A stretch of DNA of 64,000 bases from Candidatus Eiseniibacteriota bacterium (GTDB lineage Bacteria > Eisenbacteria > RBG-16-71-46 > CAIMUX01), in assembly GCA_963833505.1 (NCBI GenBank), contig CAWHYG010000007.1:1641-65640 (forward strand). The letters run 5' to 3'. The position numbers were made by a program, and so were the translations under genes. Shown here piece by piece: positions 9,204-17,976 of this stretch; the first letter of the stretch is position 1; every line of letters starts with the position of its first letter. Under the pieces are notes generated by a model, which worked only from the letters and a program-made list of their open reading frames with translations, searched no databases and was not told where the DNA came from.

Positions 9204-10733
9204 TCACGGCCGTGAGCGATCAGTGACGTGATTGCGGGGCGCGGCCGAAACCGCTTGTGCCGCCAGTTCGGCGCGCCTTTCCCGACAGGCCGCAGCCTTG
9301 TCCGGTCTACCCGTTGACTTGTACAAGGCGATCATCCAGTCGAGAATCTTGAGCTTGGTCTTCGGCGATTCATCCTTGTCCTCCAGGACCACCAGGGAAT
9401 ACCGCACCAGCAGGGATTCCCCTTCGGCAAAGCGCCTCTCCGCCGACCAACAGGCTCCCAGGGCGCAGGCCGCCTCGGCGGCGTCCAGCGGACTCGAGGG
9501 GACGGCCTTCAGCAGTTCCCGGTCTTCCCGAAGGACCGTATCGGCCTCGCGCAGGTCTCCTTTCTCAGTCAGGAGCATGCCCAGATGCAGCAGCGGATCG
9601 GAGGCCCGGGGATGGCCCATCGGCTGGTTCTTTCGATAGATGCCGATCGCCTCCCGGTAAAGAGCGATGGCTTCGTCGTATCTTCCTTCCGATTCCAACT
9701 CGTGGGCCAGGAAGTCATCGCCGACGGCGACGCTGGGATGATCCGGGCCGTGCGCCTTTCTCTCGATGGCGATCGCCTGGCGGCACATAGACTCCGCTTC
9801 CGCGGTTTCACCCATGTCGGTCAGCAACTGGGTGAAGTTGATCCTGGTGTCTGCAATGTGGGGATCATCGCCGTCGCGGGTTGCGACCTGGGTCGCCAGA
9901 ACATCCCGAAACAGTCTTGCCGCCTGCTCGTTGTCGCCCTTTCGCTCCACGATCATGGCCAGGTTCCCCAGGGGACCGGCGACCCGCGAGCTGTCCGCGC
10001 CCAGGACACGCCGCATCATGGCCACGGACTGGCGGGTGTTGCTTTCGGCGGCCTCGTATTTTCCCTGCAGGTACTGCGCCCAGCCGAGACTCATCAGACA
10101 GCTGGCGACGTAGATGTGCTCGTCGCCGAAGATCCGCCGGCGCATCTCCAACGCGGCGGTTTCGACGGATTCCGCCTTGGCGTATCGGCCGGTCAGGACC
10201 AGGATGCCGGCCTGGGTGTCCATGCTGTTGGCGATGTCCGGATGGTCCCGCCCAAGCAGTCTGCGCCTCAGGGCCAGGGTCGAGTCCTCCAGGCGCCCCG
10301 CCTCCGGCAAGAGCCCCAGGTTCTTCCGGACGCTCGCGAGCAGATTCATGCTGCTGGCCACGTCCACGGTCTCCGGGCCGAGCCGCCGGCGACGGATGCC
10401 GAGGGACAAGGAGACCAGGGAGTCCGCCTCCCGGTAGCGGCCCTGGAAATTCGAGTTGTCGCCCAGGTGGTAGAGGCTGGCGGCGACATCGGCCTGGTCG
10501 GCGCCGAGGCTTTGCTGCCGGATCTTCAGGGCCTCTCGCAGCAGGTGGTCGGCCTTGGCGTAGAAACCGAGGTTCTCGTAAACCTGTCCCATGGTGTCCA
10601 TCAGCTTGGCCCGAACCTCCGGTTGGTCCGCCAGCTCCCGCTCCGCCATCTCGGCGCCGTCATCCAGGATTTCGCGCGCGGTGATTCCGGTGACCAGACG
10701 GCTGTTGGTCGGGTCGGAGATCTCGGGGTTCAT
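9204..10733 (-). CDS. Tetratricopeptide-repeat protein (kinase-less), last gene of the lanthipeptide operon
   Basis: 509 aa of tandem TPR_12-like repeats (…ASSLNNLA…YEEA… pattern). Starts 34 nt after the ECF sigma gene stop, same strand. No kinase or anti-sigma domain is recognisable. Confidence 0.8.
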   Translation of the reverse strand: MNPEISDPTNSRLVTGITAREILDDGAEMAERELADQPEVRAKLMDTMGQVYENLGFYAKADHLLREALKIRQQSLGADQADVAASLYHLGDNSNFQGRYREADSLVSLSLGIRRRRLGPETVDVASSMNLLASVRKNLGLLPEAGRLEDSTLALRRRLLGRDHPDIANSMDTQAGILVLTGRYAKAESVETAALEMRRRIFGDEHIYVASCLMSLGWAQYLQGKYEAAESNTRQSVAMMRRVLGADSSRVAGPLGNLAMIVERKGDNEQAARLFRDVLATQVATRDGDDPHIADTRINFTQLLTDMGETAEAESMCRQAIAIERKAHGPDHPSVAVGDDFLAHELESEGRYDEAIALYREAIGIYRKNQPMGHPRASDPLLHLGMLLTEKGDLREADTVLREDRELLKAVPSSPLDAAEAACALGACWSAERRFAEGESLLVRYSLVVLEDKDESPKTKLKILDWMIALYKSTGRPDKAAACRERRAELAAQAVSAAPRNHVTDRSRP

Positions 10734-10767
10734 TCCTCGGGATCAGCCGGGAGGCCGGACAACGAGC

Positions 10768-11427
10768 TCAAGGCCCCTCCGAATTCGCGCCGGTGGATCC
10801 GGAATGCGTGCCTTCGGAAAGCTCGGCAAACAGCCAGGCCCGGGCAGCACGGGTCTCATTGACCACGGTCGCGGTTGACAGGTTCAGGACGCCGGCCACT
10901 TCCTCGACGCCCAGTCCGCCGAAGAAACGCAGTTCCACGATGCTCGCCTTGCGTGGATCCAGACCCGCCAGTCTGCTCAGGGCCTCGTCCAACTCCAGCA
11001 GATTGTCCGGAGGCTCAAACCCGACCTCCAGGGCCTCGTCCAAGGAGACCTTGCGCAGGCCCCCGCCCCGTTTGGCGTACCGGTGACTCCGGGCGTGATC
11101 GACCAGGATGTGGCGCATGACCTGTGCCGACACGGCAAAGAAGTGGGCCCGGTTTTCCCAACGGGGATCGGTATCGCCCACCATTCTCAGGTAGGCCTCG
11201 TGCACGACCGCGGTTGCCTGGAGCGTGTGGCCAGCGCGCTCCCGCCGCATGTATCGGCCGGCGAGGCGGCGCAGCTCGTCATAGACCAGGGGGAGCAGAT
11301 TCTCCAGAGCCACGGCGTTCCCCTGGCGCCACTGCGAGAGCATCCGGGTCACATCCGTGGGCGGTTCTGTCAATCTCCCTCCCCATCCAGCGCTCACGGA
11401 ACTATAATGCATCCTGAATTGGCGCAT
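10768..11427 (-). CDS. ECF-type RNA polymerase sigma factor (TIGR02999-like subfamily)
   Basis: N-terminus ...DVTRMLSQWRQGNAVALENLLPLVYDELRRLAGRYMRRERAGHTLQATAVVHEAYLRMV... and a C-terminal region-4 HTH (…SIVELRFFGGLGVEEVAGVLNLSTATV…). The true start may be the Met at 11412. It lies 49 nt downstream of the lanT stop on the same strand. Confidence 0.8.
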   Translation of the reverse strand: MRQFRMHYSSVSAGWGGRLTEPPTDVTRMLSQWRQGNAVALENLLPLVYDELRRLAGRYMRRERAGHTLQATAVVHEAYLRMVGDTDPRWENRAHFFAVSAQVMRHILVDHARSHRYAKRGGGLRKVSLDEALEVGFEPPDNLLELDEALSRLAGLDPRKASIVELRFFGGLGVEEVAGVLNLSTATVVNETRAARAWLFAELSEGTHSGSTGANSEGP

Positions 11428-11476
11428 GTCGAGTATTTATGGGGGGCGCTCGCTCGCCCGGGCCTCCGATGGCAGC

Positions 11477-13192
11477 TCAGACAGCCCAGGCCCGTCCGAC
11501 GCCGGCCCGGAGCGGGACCTCCGAGTCGGGCTGCGCGAGGCGCTGGTCTCGTTGCTCCCGCACGAGCGACGCGTAGAAGCCCCGGCGGGCGAGCAACTCC
11601 TCGTGCCGGCCGCGCTCGACGATCCGCCCACCCTCGAAGACCAGGATGAGGTCTGCATCGCGGATGGTGCTCAGCCGGTGAGCGACGACGATCCGGGCGT
11701 AACCGATCCGGCTCAGTCCTCGCTCGACGGCTCGCTCGGAGGTCGCGACGAGGTGACTCGTGGCCTCGTCGAGGATCAGCAGGGCCCGGGGCCGCGCGAG
11801 CGCCCGGGCCAGGCAGAGACGCTGCCGCTGCCCGCCTGACAGCCCCGCCCCGCCTTCGGCGACGCGGGTGTCGTAGGCCAGGGGCATGGCCGTGATTTCC
11901 TCGTGAATGGCCGCCAGGCGCGCGGCCCGCTCGATGTCGGCGGGAGACACCTCCGTCTCGTGAAAGGCGATGTTCTCCCGGATGGTGCCGTCGAAGAGAA
12001 AGGTCTCCTGCGGGACGACGCCGAGTTGCCGGCGCAGGGTGCCGAGATCGAGGTCCTCCAGGGGAACGCCGTCGAACGAGATCCTGCCTTCCGTGGGACG
12101 TTCGAGTCCGAGCAGAAGGCGCGCGAGGGTGCTCTTGCCCGACCCGGAGCGGCCGACGAGGGCGATCTTCCGGCCGGGCTCGAGGTCGAATGAGATGTCC
12201 TTGAGGACCATGGGGGAGGCCGGCCCGTAGCGGAAGCCCACCTGCCGGAAGGCCACCCGGCCGGTCAGCTTCATCCGCCGCCGCAGCGCGCTCGCCGCCT
12301 GCTCGGGATCGGACTCGAGCACGTCGGCGAGGCGGGTGAGTTGCGCTCCCAGGAGCTGGAGCCGTTGCGCATTCGCGGCCAGGGCCGCGCCGGGGGCGAG
12401 GGCGGTCACACCGATTCCGGTCATGGCGAAGAGGCTCCCCATGGTCATCCGGCCGGCCGCCACCTGGGCGGCTCCGCACCAGAGAAGCAGCAAGGGTGCG
12501 GAACTCTGCAGTGCGGTGGTCGCGGCGGTGACCCGCGCGGAGACGTCTCCCCTCCGAAGAGCGATGTCCAGATTGCCGCGAAAGGCGCCGGTCCAGCGCG
12601 CGAGCGCGGTCTCCTCGTTCCCCGACGATTTGACGGTCATGATTCCGTGGAGCATTTCCACGAGACGGCTGTCCACCCGGCCCTGGCTGGCGAGGTCGCG
12701 GTGGGTCAGGTTTCGCAGGGTCCCGTTGGATCGCAGCACGACGGCGGCGTTCCCGACCGAGAGCGCTGCCACGATCAGGGCCAGCTTCGGGGCGGCGAAG
12801 ATCAGGATCCCCAGATAGGCGAAGAAGCAGAGCGCGTCGAGGGCCATCTCCAGCATGCCGGCGGAAAGCGTCTCGCGGATGGTCATGTTGCTCGCCACCC
12901 GATGGATGAGGTCTCCGCTCGTGCGTTGCCGAAAGAACCGGTAGGGGAGGCTGAGGAGATGGGCCAGGAATGCCGGCATCATCTCGGCGTCGAGCCGGCC
13001 GCGAAGATGAAGGAGGAGCACCGAGCGGACATAGCCCGCGACCGCCTGCGCCCCCACCAGCAGCAGGCTCCCGGCGGCGACGGTGGTGACCAGGGCCATC
13101 GTGCGGCCGGGGAGGAGCCGGTCCACCAGCAGCTTGGTGAAAAAGGGAACCGCGAGCCCCAGCGCCTGAAGAGCGAGAGATGCGCCGAACAC
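11477..13192 (-). CDS. lanT: Lanthipeptide exporter LanT, ABC transmembrane + ATPase portion (frame continues upstream to ~13300; separated from its C39 domain by a frameshift)
   Basis: TMD region (…[17 protein letters not shown]…) and NBD ([31 protein letters not shown], Walker B/D-loop) follow. The listed start is GTG. The same frame is open upstream (…[26 protein letters not shown]…), which reads as a natural C39-TMD linker. Confidence 0.8.
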   Translation of the reverse strand: MFGASLALQALGLAVPFFTKLLVDRLLPGRTMALVTTVAAGSLLLVGAQAVAGYVRSVLLLHLRGRLDAEMMPAFLAHLLSLPYRFFRQRTSGDLIHRVASNMTIRETLSAGMLEMALDALCFFAYLGILIFAAPKLALIVAALSVGNAAVVLRSNGTLRNLTHRDLASQGRVDSRLVEMLHGIMTVKSSGNEETALARWTGAFRGNLDIALRRGDVSARVTAATTALQSSAPLLLLWCGAAQVAAGRMTMGSLFAMTGIGVTALAPGAALAANAQRLQLLGAQLTRLADVLESDPEQAASALRRRMKLTGRVAFRQVGFRYGPASPMVLKDISFDLEPGRKIALVGRSGSGKSTLARLLLGLERPTEGRISFDGVPLEDLDLGTLRRQLGVVPQETFLFDGTIRENIAFHETEVSPADIERAARLAAIHEEITAMPLAYDTRVAEGGAGLSGGQRQRLCLARALARPRALLILDEATSHLVATSERAVERGLSRIGYARIVVAHRLSTIRDADLILVFEGGRIVERGRHEELLARRGFYASLVREQRDQRLAQPDSEVPLRAGVGRAWAV

Positions 13193-13289
13193 CTGATAGA
13201 GGAGCGCCCGGCGGGAGAGGATCTGGCGCCCGAGTTGGTCCCGCGCATTCCCCTCCGGCTCCTTCCATTCGATCCCGGTTCGCGAGGCG

Positions 13290-13763
13290 TCACGACGGAA
13301 ACAGAATGGCCACGCCGGTGAAGGCCTCCTCGAACTCAGCCCAGGGGACCGACCGGCGCCCGTCGGCGGGATCGACGAGGTCCACGCGACGCCGGTGGCA
13401 GCGCTCGACCACCACGAAGTGATCGTGCTTCCAGTGGACGATCGCTGGCATCGACAGTTGAGCCAACGCCAATGGCGGCACCTCGTAGGCCGCGCCGCGC
13501 AAACCGAACTCCTCTCCGGCCCGCAGGAGCGTGAGGGCTCGGACTCCGTCCCGATCGGCCCCGCAGGATTCCGCGCAGCGCGCCACGCTGGAGCGAATCC
13601 CGTGGTGCCGGAGCACCATGGCCAGGCACGCGGGTCCGCACTCGTTCATCGTCATCTGGTGCAGGACCGGCACCCTCCGCCGCGACCGCCGCCAACGCGC
13701 CATGGCCGCGCGGGCCGCATAGGTCAACCGTGCCACCGACTCGACCAGGTGAAGAAGGTTCAT
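13290..13763 (-). CDS. lanT: LanT N-terminal C39 bacteriocin-processing peptidase domain (double-glycine leader peptidase)
   Basis: ...[28 protein letters not shown]... is the catalytic Cys motif of C39 peptidases. A good SD (GAGGAG) sits 7 nt before the Met at 13763. It ends in a different frame from the ABC portion, 97 nt upstream of it. Confidence 0.8.
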   Translation of the reverse strand: MNLLHLVESVARLTYAARAAMARWRRSRRRVPVLHQMTMNECGPACLAMVLRHHGIRSSVARCAESCGADRDGVRALTLLRAGEEFGLRGAAYEVPPLALAQLSMPAIVHWKHDHFVVVERCHRRRVDLVDPADGRRSVPWAEFEEAFTGVAILFPS

Positions 13764-13958
13764 AGCAATCTCCTCAGAATGCGCGGGCGAGCAGAACCAG
13801 GCCCGCCACTGCGAACAGGATGGCGAGGATGACGGGACGGACGCGGGAGGGGAGCGCGATGTCCGGGGGCGCGGAGACCGGGAGTGCGGTATCCGGCGGC
13901 GCGATCCCGGACAGGCGGCCGGCGTTCCCGCTCGCACGCGGCGCCGTTCTCCTTGCGA

Positions 13959-16900
13959 TCATGGCCGGCCTTCCGACGAAGCCACGGATCCCTGGATCGG
14001 CGGATCGAAGGCCAGCACCGACGGCACACGGCAGGGAGCGGCCAGGCGCAGAAGGCCGTATCCGATTCCCGCGATCCCCTCCATGAAGCCCGGCGTCTCC
14101 GCGCCGAGCGGGACGCCGCAGACCCAACCCTCGGTCCGGATGTCCGCGACCACCCGCATCGCGCGAGCCCGAAGCTCTTTGCCGGCCGCGGCGGAGTGTC
14201 CGTGGCGGGCGGCCTCGGTCAGACACTCCATGACTCCGAACTGCCCGTGCGCGAGCGAGAGGTCACCCGGAGTTGCGGCGCGCGCGATGGCCATCGCCGC
14301 GTCGAACTGCGCGCTGGTATCGCCGCTCCTCCCTTCTTGGAAGGCACGGAGCAGGGCGAGACCGGTACCGGCGGCGCCCCGATCCCACGAGGGATCGTCC
14401 GGCAGGATGTTGTCGCCTTTCAGGGCCTCGAGCGCCAATCGACGCAATCGCTGGTCGCCGCTCATGCGCCCAAGGCGGACGAGGGCCAGAGCGATCCCCG
14501 CGGGTCCGTACGCCAGCCCCGTCGTCGGCTCGTTCCCGCGCCGCTGCCGCGGCCAGAGGGCGATCCCGCAGTCGCGTTCGGCGAAACGGAGCAGGTGCTG
14601 GCCGCAGACCCGCGCGGCCTCCACGGTCTCGCGGGAAGGCGCCACCTGATGGAGCGCAAGCACGCCGGACAGCAGGCCCGCGGTCCCGTCACAAAGGGAG
14701 AAAAGACGATCGGCCCGGATTCGCGGCGTGTTCGCGGCGACCAGGTCGTGCGCCTCGCGCAGCAGTCCCTCCTCGCCGGTGAGCGCGCCCAGGTGAGCCA
14801 GGGTGTAGATGACGCCTCCCCAGCCTTCGAGGGCGCCGAGCGGAACCGCATCCAGCATCCGGGGGGAGAGATGGTACGTTCCGATGCGCAGGGTGCGCAC
14901 TGCCAGGCGGGCGAGAGCCGAGTCATCGCCGTCGCCGGTGACGTCGGCCAGGAGGGCGAGGAAGAGCGCGATTCCGGCAAGGCCGTCCGAGAGCTGATTG
15001 CCGAGGATCTCCATCGACCAGGCTCCGTGCCGGTGGATGGGACCCGCCCAGCAGATCCCGTCCTCATTGCGGTAAGCGATGTCGGCCAGGCGCCGCGCCG
15101 CCGCCCTCGCACCGGCCAGCAGGGCCGCGGAGTCGAACCTGTCGGCGGACGGTGGCGAAGCGCGTCGCGCTATCGGCAGGGCCGGGGTGGCGTTCATGCG
15201 CAGCGTGGCCAGCGCGGTTTCGATCGCGTACCGGTGCCGCTCGAGGTGGCGCTCGTCGATCTGCTTCGCCTGCAGCAGCACCGTCTCCAGGCTCGGTCGG
15301 TCGAAGATCCCCGGCAGGCGTTCGCCCCCGCTGGTCCAGACGTCGCGGGACGAGGGCCGACCGTGAAAGATCGGAATGTCGCCCGCGATCAAGTCCGAGC
15401 GCTCGAACGGGATCAACGGACAGAGAATCCGGCGCTGCTCCACCTCCAGATCGATCCAGAGGTGGTCGAGCATGCGCTCCCGCTCGAGGGCGTCGCAAAG
15501 GAAGTCGGGGTGGTAGCTGTCCTCGAGCACGATGCCGTAGGTGCGCGTGTCCCGGCTCAGGATCCGGATCTCGTCCTGCGCGAACGCCGTCACCGGCCCG
15601 CCGGCGGCGAAGAACTCGACCTTGAGTCGCGCCAGCAGGGAGAAGGCCTCGGAAAAGCCGGCCACAATCTCTCCGGTGAACTCCTCCACGTTCATCTCCA
15701 CCCCGCCGATCCGCGGCCGATTGTGGCCGCCGGAGGAGGTGGCCACGCTCCGGCGGTCGTAACGGCAATCGTCACGGCCGGCGGCCCGAAGCTCGAGGTT
15801 GAAGTCCGGCGATTCGTCGCCGTCGCGCGCGCCCAGGCCGCTGATGTCGACACCGACGTGGGCGTCGTTGGACCAGACCCGCCGGGGCAGAAGGCCGCTG
15901 CGGAACACCGAAACGAAGTCGTCGCCGTCAGCAAGTCTCTTCCCCTCCATGTCGCGAAGGGCATAGAGCCGCGATTGGAAGAGGCATTCCAGGTCGATGA
16001 AAACCGGCTGGTCGCCCGCGGCGATGAGGTTCTCGGCGTGCATGTCTCCCGCATCGAGGGCGCAGAGCACCGCCATCAATCCACCCACCCGATGGTAGAA
16101 GCGGCCGGCCTCCTGCTGATTCACACAGTCGGCGCGGGTGACGAACTCGGCCCAGCCGTACCCGCCGCGGTCGAGGATCCGTATGGTGCGGAAATCCATC
16201 GGCCCGCGCCGGTTGATCCACTCCAGGACCTCCTGGAAGTGGCAGTCCACCGAAAGCGAGCGCGGCTTGTACACCAGCTTGAGGCCGGAGGAGAACTCCA
16301 GGATCGAGACCGTCCGGCCCCGGCGATGGCTGTCGCCCTGCCCGCTGTCGATCGCGGTCAGGCGCTCCACGGCCTCACCGGACGAGAATTGCTCCACCAG
16401 GAGGCGAAAGTCTTCCGCCAGATGGGAAAGGATCTCGAGATGAAAGTCCATCCACCCGCTGAGCCCGTCCGCGAGCTGCTGAGCCAGGACCGGATATTCG
16501 CGCAGGAGCGCGAGCGCGGTCGCGGGGTGCTGCAGCCGGGCACGGAAGGCCTCGAAACGGTCCTCCGGCGTTTCTCCCGCCAGTTCCCCGCGGAGTCGCG
16601 ATACGTTGAGTTCCAGAACGAGCGTGCGGCCGAGCATCGTCCACAGCCGCCCGACGGGCAGGGTACCGAGCAGGATTTCACGGAGGTTACCGGCCTCAAA
16701 GGGGAGGGGCCCGTGCTGCCGTTCCAGGGCTGAAATCAATCGCGGGAGCGGCTCCAGCAACCGCTCCACGATCGGCCTGATGAGCGACCAGAGCGCCGTG
16801 CCGGCCAGTCCGGGCGGGGCGTCGCCCGAGCCCGCGCTCGGCATTTCGAAGCACCTGCTGATCAACTCGAGCCAGGCCGGCGCGACCTCCGTCCGCTCGC

Positions 16901-17147
16901 GCACCGCCTCGATCGGCTCCCCCAGAATCTGGAGGAAGTCACCGGCGTTCAGACCTTCGAAGGCCAGCCGCTGATCGAAGAGCCGGCCCGGCAGCGGTGA
17001 CTGCGGCGCCCGCCACCAGGCCAGGCGTCTCTCCGCCAGGTCCGGGTCGAAACCTCGCCGGCTGTCGCTCCTGCGAAGAGTCTGCACGCGTTCCTGAAGC
17101 GGCAGGGCCTGGTACCACGAAGCCTGGGAAAGGACGGCGGATTTCAT
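13959..17147 (-). CDS. lanM: Class II lanthipeptide synthetase LanM (N-terminal dehydratase/DUF4135 + C-terminal LanC-like cyclase), 1062 aa
   Basis: Kinase-like dehydratase motif ...DAGDMHAENLIAAGDQPVFIDLE...; LanC-like motifs ...GLAGIALFL..., ...SLAHGQFG..., ...EGWVCGVPLG.... The start at 17147 has [10 protein letters not shown] 7 nt upstream. The long ORF listed from 17600 is upstream read-through across lanA. Confidence 0.9.
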   Translation of the reverse strand: MKSAVLSQASWYQALPLQERVQTLRRSDSRRGFDPDLAERRLAWWRAPQSPLPGRLFDQRLAFEGLNAGDFLQILGEPIEAVRERTEVAPAWLELISRCFEMPSAGSGDAPPGLAGTALWSLIRPIVERLLEPLPRLISALERQHGPLPFEAGNLREILLGTLPVGRLWTMLGRTLVLELNVSRLRGELAGETPEDRFEAFRARLQHPATALALLREYPVLAQQLADGLSGWMDFHLEILSHLAEDFRLLVEQFSSGEAVERLTAIDSGQGDSHRRGRTVSILEFSSGLKLVYKPRSLSVDCHFQEVLEWINRRGPMDFRTIRILDRGGYGWAEFVTRADCVNQQEAGRFYHRVGGLMAVLCALDAGDMHAENLIAAGDQPVFIDLECLFQSRLYALRDMEGKRLADGDDFVSVFRSGLLPRRVWSNDAHVGVDISGLGARDGDESPDFNLELRAAGRDDCRYDRRSVATSSGGHNRPRIGGVEMNVEEFTGEIVAGFSEAFSLLARLKVEFFAAGGPVTAFAQDEIRILSRDTRTYGIVLEDSYHPDFLCDALERERMLDHLWIDLEVEQRRILCPLIPFERSDLIAGDIPIFHGRPSSRDVWTSGGERLPGIFDRPSLETVLLQAKQIDERHLERHRYAIETALATLRMNATPALPIARRASPPSADRFDSAALLAGARAAARRLADIAYRNEDGICWAGPIHRHGAWSMEILGNQLSDGLAGIALFLALLADVTGDGDDSALARLAVRTLRIGTYHLSPRMLDAVPLGALEGWGGVIYTLAHLGALTGEEGLLREAHDLVAANTPRIRADRLFSLCDGTAGLLSGVLALHQVAPSRETVEAARVCGQHLLRFAERDCGIALWPRQRRGNEPTTGLAYGPAGIALALVRLGRMSGDQRLRRLALEALKGDNILPDDPSWDRGAAGTGLALLRAFQEGRSGDTSAQFDAAMAIARAATPGDLSLAHGQFGVMECLTEAARHGHSAAAGKELRARAMRVVADIRTEGWVCGVPLGAETPGFMEGIAGIGYGLLRLAAPCRVPSVLAFDPPIQGSVASSEGRP

Positions 17148-17220
17148 CGAATGCCTCCCTTGGCGGTTTCCGGAATCTCGATCGGGGCGGAAGAGGGACA
17201 AGTCTGCTTGGGCAAGGAAG

Positions 17221-17259
17221 AGGCCCGCGAAACCATGAACTCCGAAGCCTCGCGGGCCT
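17221..17259 (-). promoter_or_regulatory. Intergenic stem-loop between lanA and lanM (candidate partial terminator/attenuator or mRNA-stabilising hairpin)
   Basis: Perfect 10-bp GC-rich stem aggcccgcga / tcgcgggcct around a 19-nt loop, in the 131-nt lanA-lanM spacer. Confidence 0.5.
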
Positions 17260-17278
17260 GAACCGATGTCCATCGCGA

Positions 17279-17527
17279 TTAGAAGAGCGTGGAACCCGAG
17301 TCTCCCGATCCGCGCGTCGAGACGTACTTGCAGCAGTCGAAATTGCGGCTCCCGAACCAGGTGTGAGGCCGGTAGAGTTCCATGCCGCCCACGATGGGCG
17401 AGAGCTGCTCGTCGGTGAGGCGGGTTCCGCCGGCCGGGTTCTCCGGCAGTTCGGCTCGTTCGGATTCGCTGAGCTGCGCGCGGAAGTGGGCGTCCTTCCA
17501 GGCCTGGATGACTTTGTTCGGCGACAT
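17279..17527 (-). CDS. lanA: Lanthipeptide precursor LanA with mersacidin/lichenicidin-type leader (82 aa)
   Basis: MSPNKVIQAWKDAHFRAQLSESERAELPENPAGGTRLTDEQLSPIVGG|MELYRPHTWFGSRNFDCCKYVSTRGSGDSGSTLF. Compare the mersacidin leader MSQEAIIRSWKDPFSRENSTQNPAGNPFSELKEAQMDKLVGA|GDMEAA. Shared features are WKD..(F/Y)R, NPAG and a VGG/VGA double-glycine-type site. Strong SD AAGGGAG. Located immediately upstream of lanM. Confidence 0.8.
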   Translation of the reverse strand: MSPNKVIQAWKDAHFRAQLSESERAELPENPAGGTRLTDEQLSPIVGGMELYRPHTWFGSRNFDCCKYVSTRGSGDSGSTLF

Positions 17528-17976
17528 TTTCGGTCTCCCTTCGTCTGGACACGGGGCTGCCGTATCCGAGTTCCTGATTCCGGGTCGTTCCCGGCTTCAA
17601 CCTGTAAGGCGGGAAACGGCGGGGCGGGAGATAACGCCATTGGAAGAATGTTCGAGTTCAGGCTGGCCGGGGCCAACCACTTCATCAATTGCACCTTCAC
17701 GGGGAATGTCTCCTACGAGGGAGGAGCCCTCTTCATCTGCGGCACAGGCCCTGGCGGGCCGCAATTTCGCAGTTGCACCTTTGTCCGCAACCGTGGCGCA
17801 GGGCAGCCGGGCGACGGCTGGAGATCACCCCTTCGGCGGGTCGGAGTCGAACATGCGTCTGAGCCTGTCGGTCGATCGTGAGCCGCGGGTGCAGGGCAGG
17901 TTCTCCAGGGCGAGGCTGGCCCGGGACAGGCAGGCCCTTGTGGCCCCAGGGCGCACATCGGCCCTAAGATGAGTGC

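Noticed and set aside
11394-13268. 624-aa minus-strand ORF overlapping lanT
   Set aside because: It is an alternative frame of the lanT ABC region with Arg/Pro/Gly-rich low-complexity translation. The true frame is the one carrying Walker and ABC signature motifs.
13884-16733. 949-aa + strand ORF
   Set aside because: It lies entirely antisense to the well-supported lanM gene and has no recognisable domains; its composition is that of a GC-rich antisense frame.
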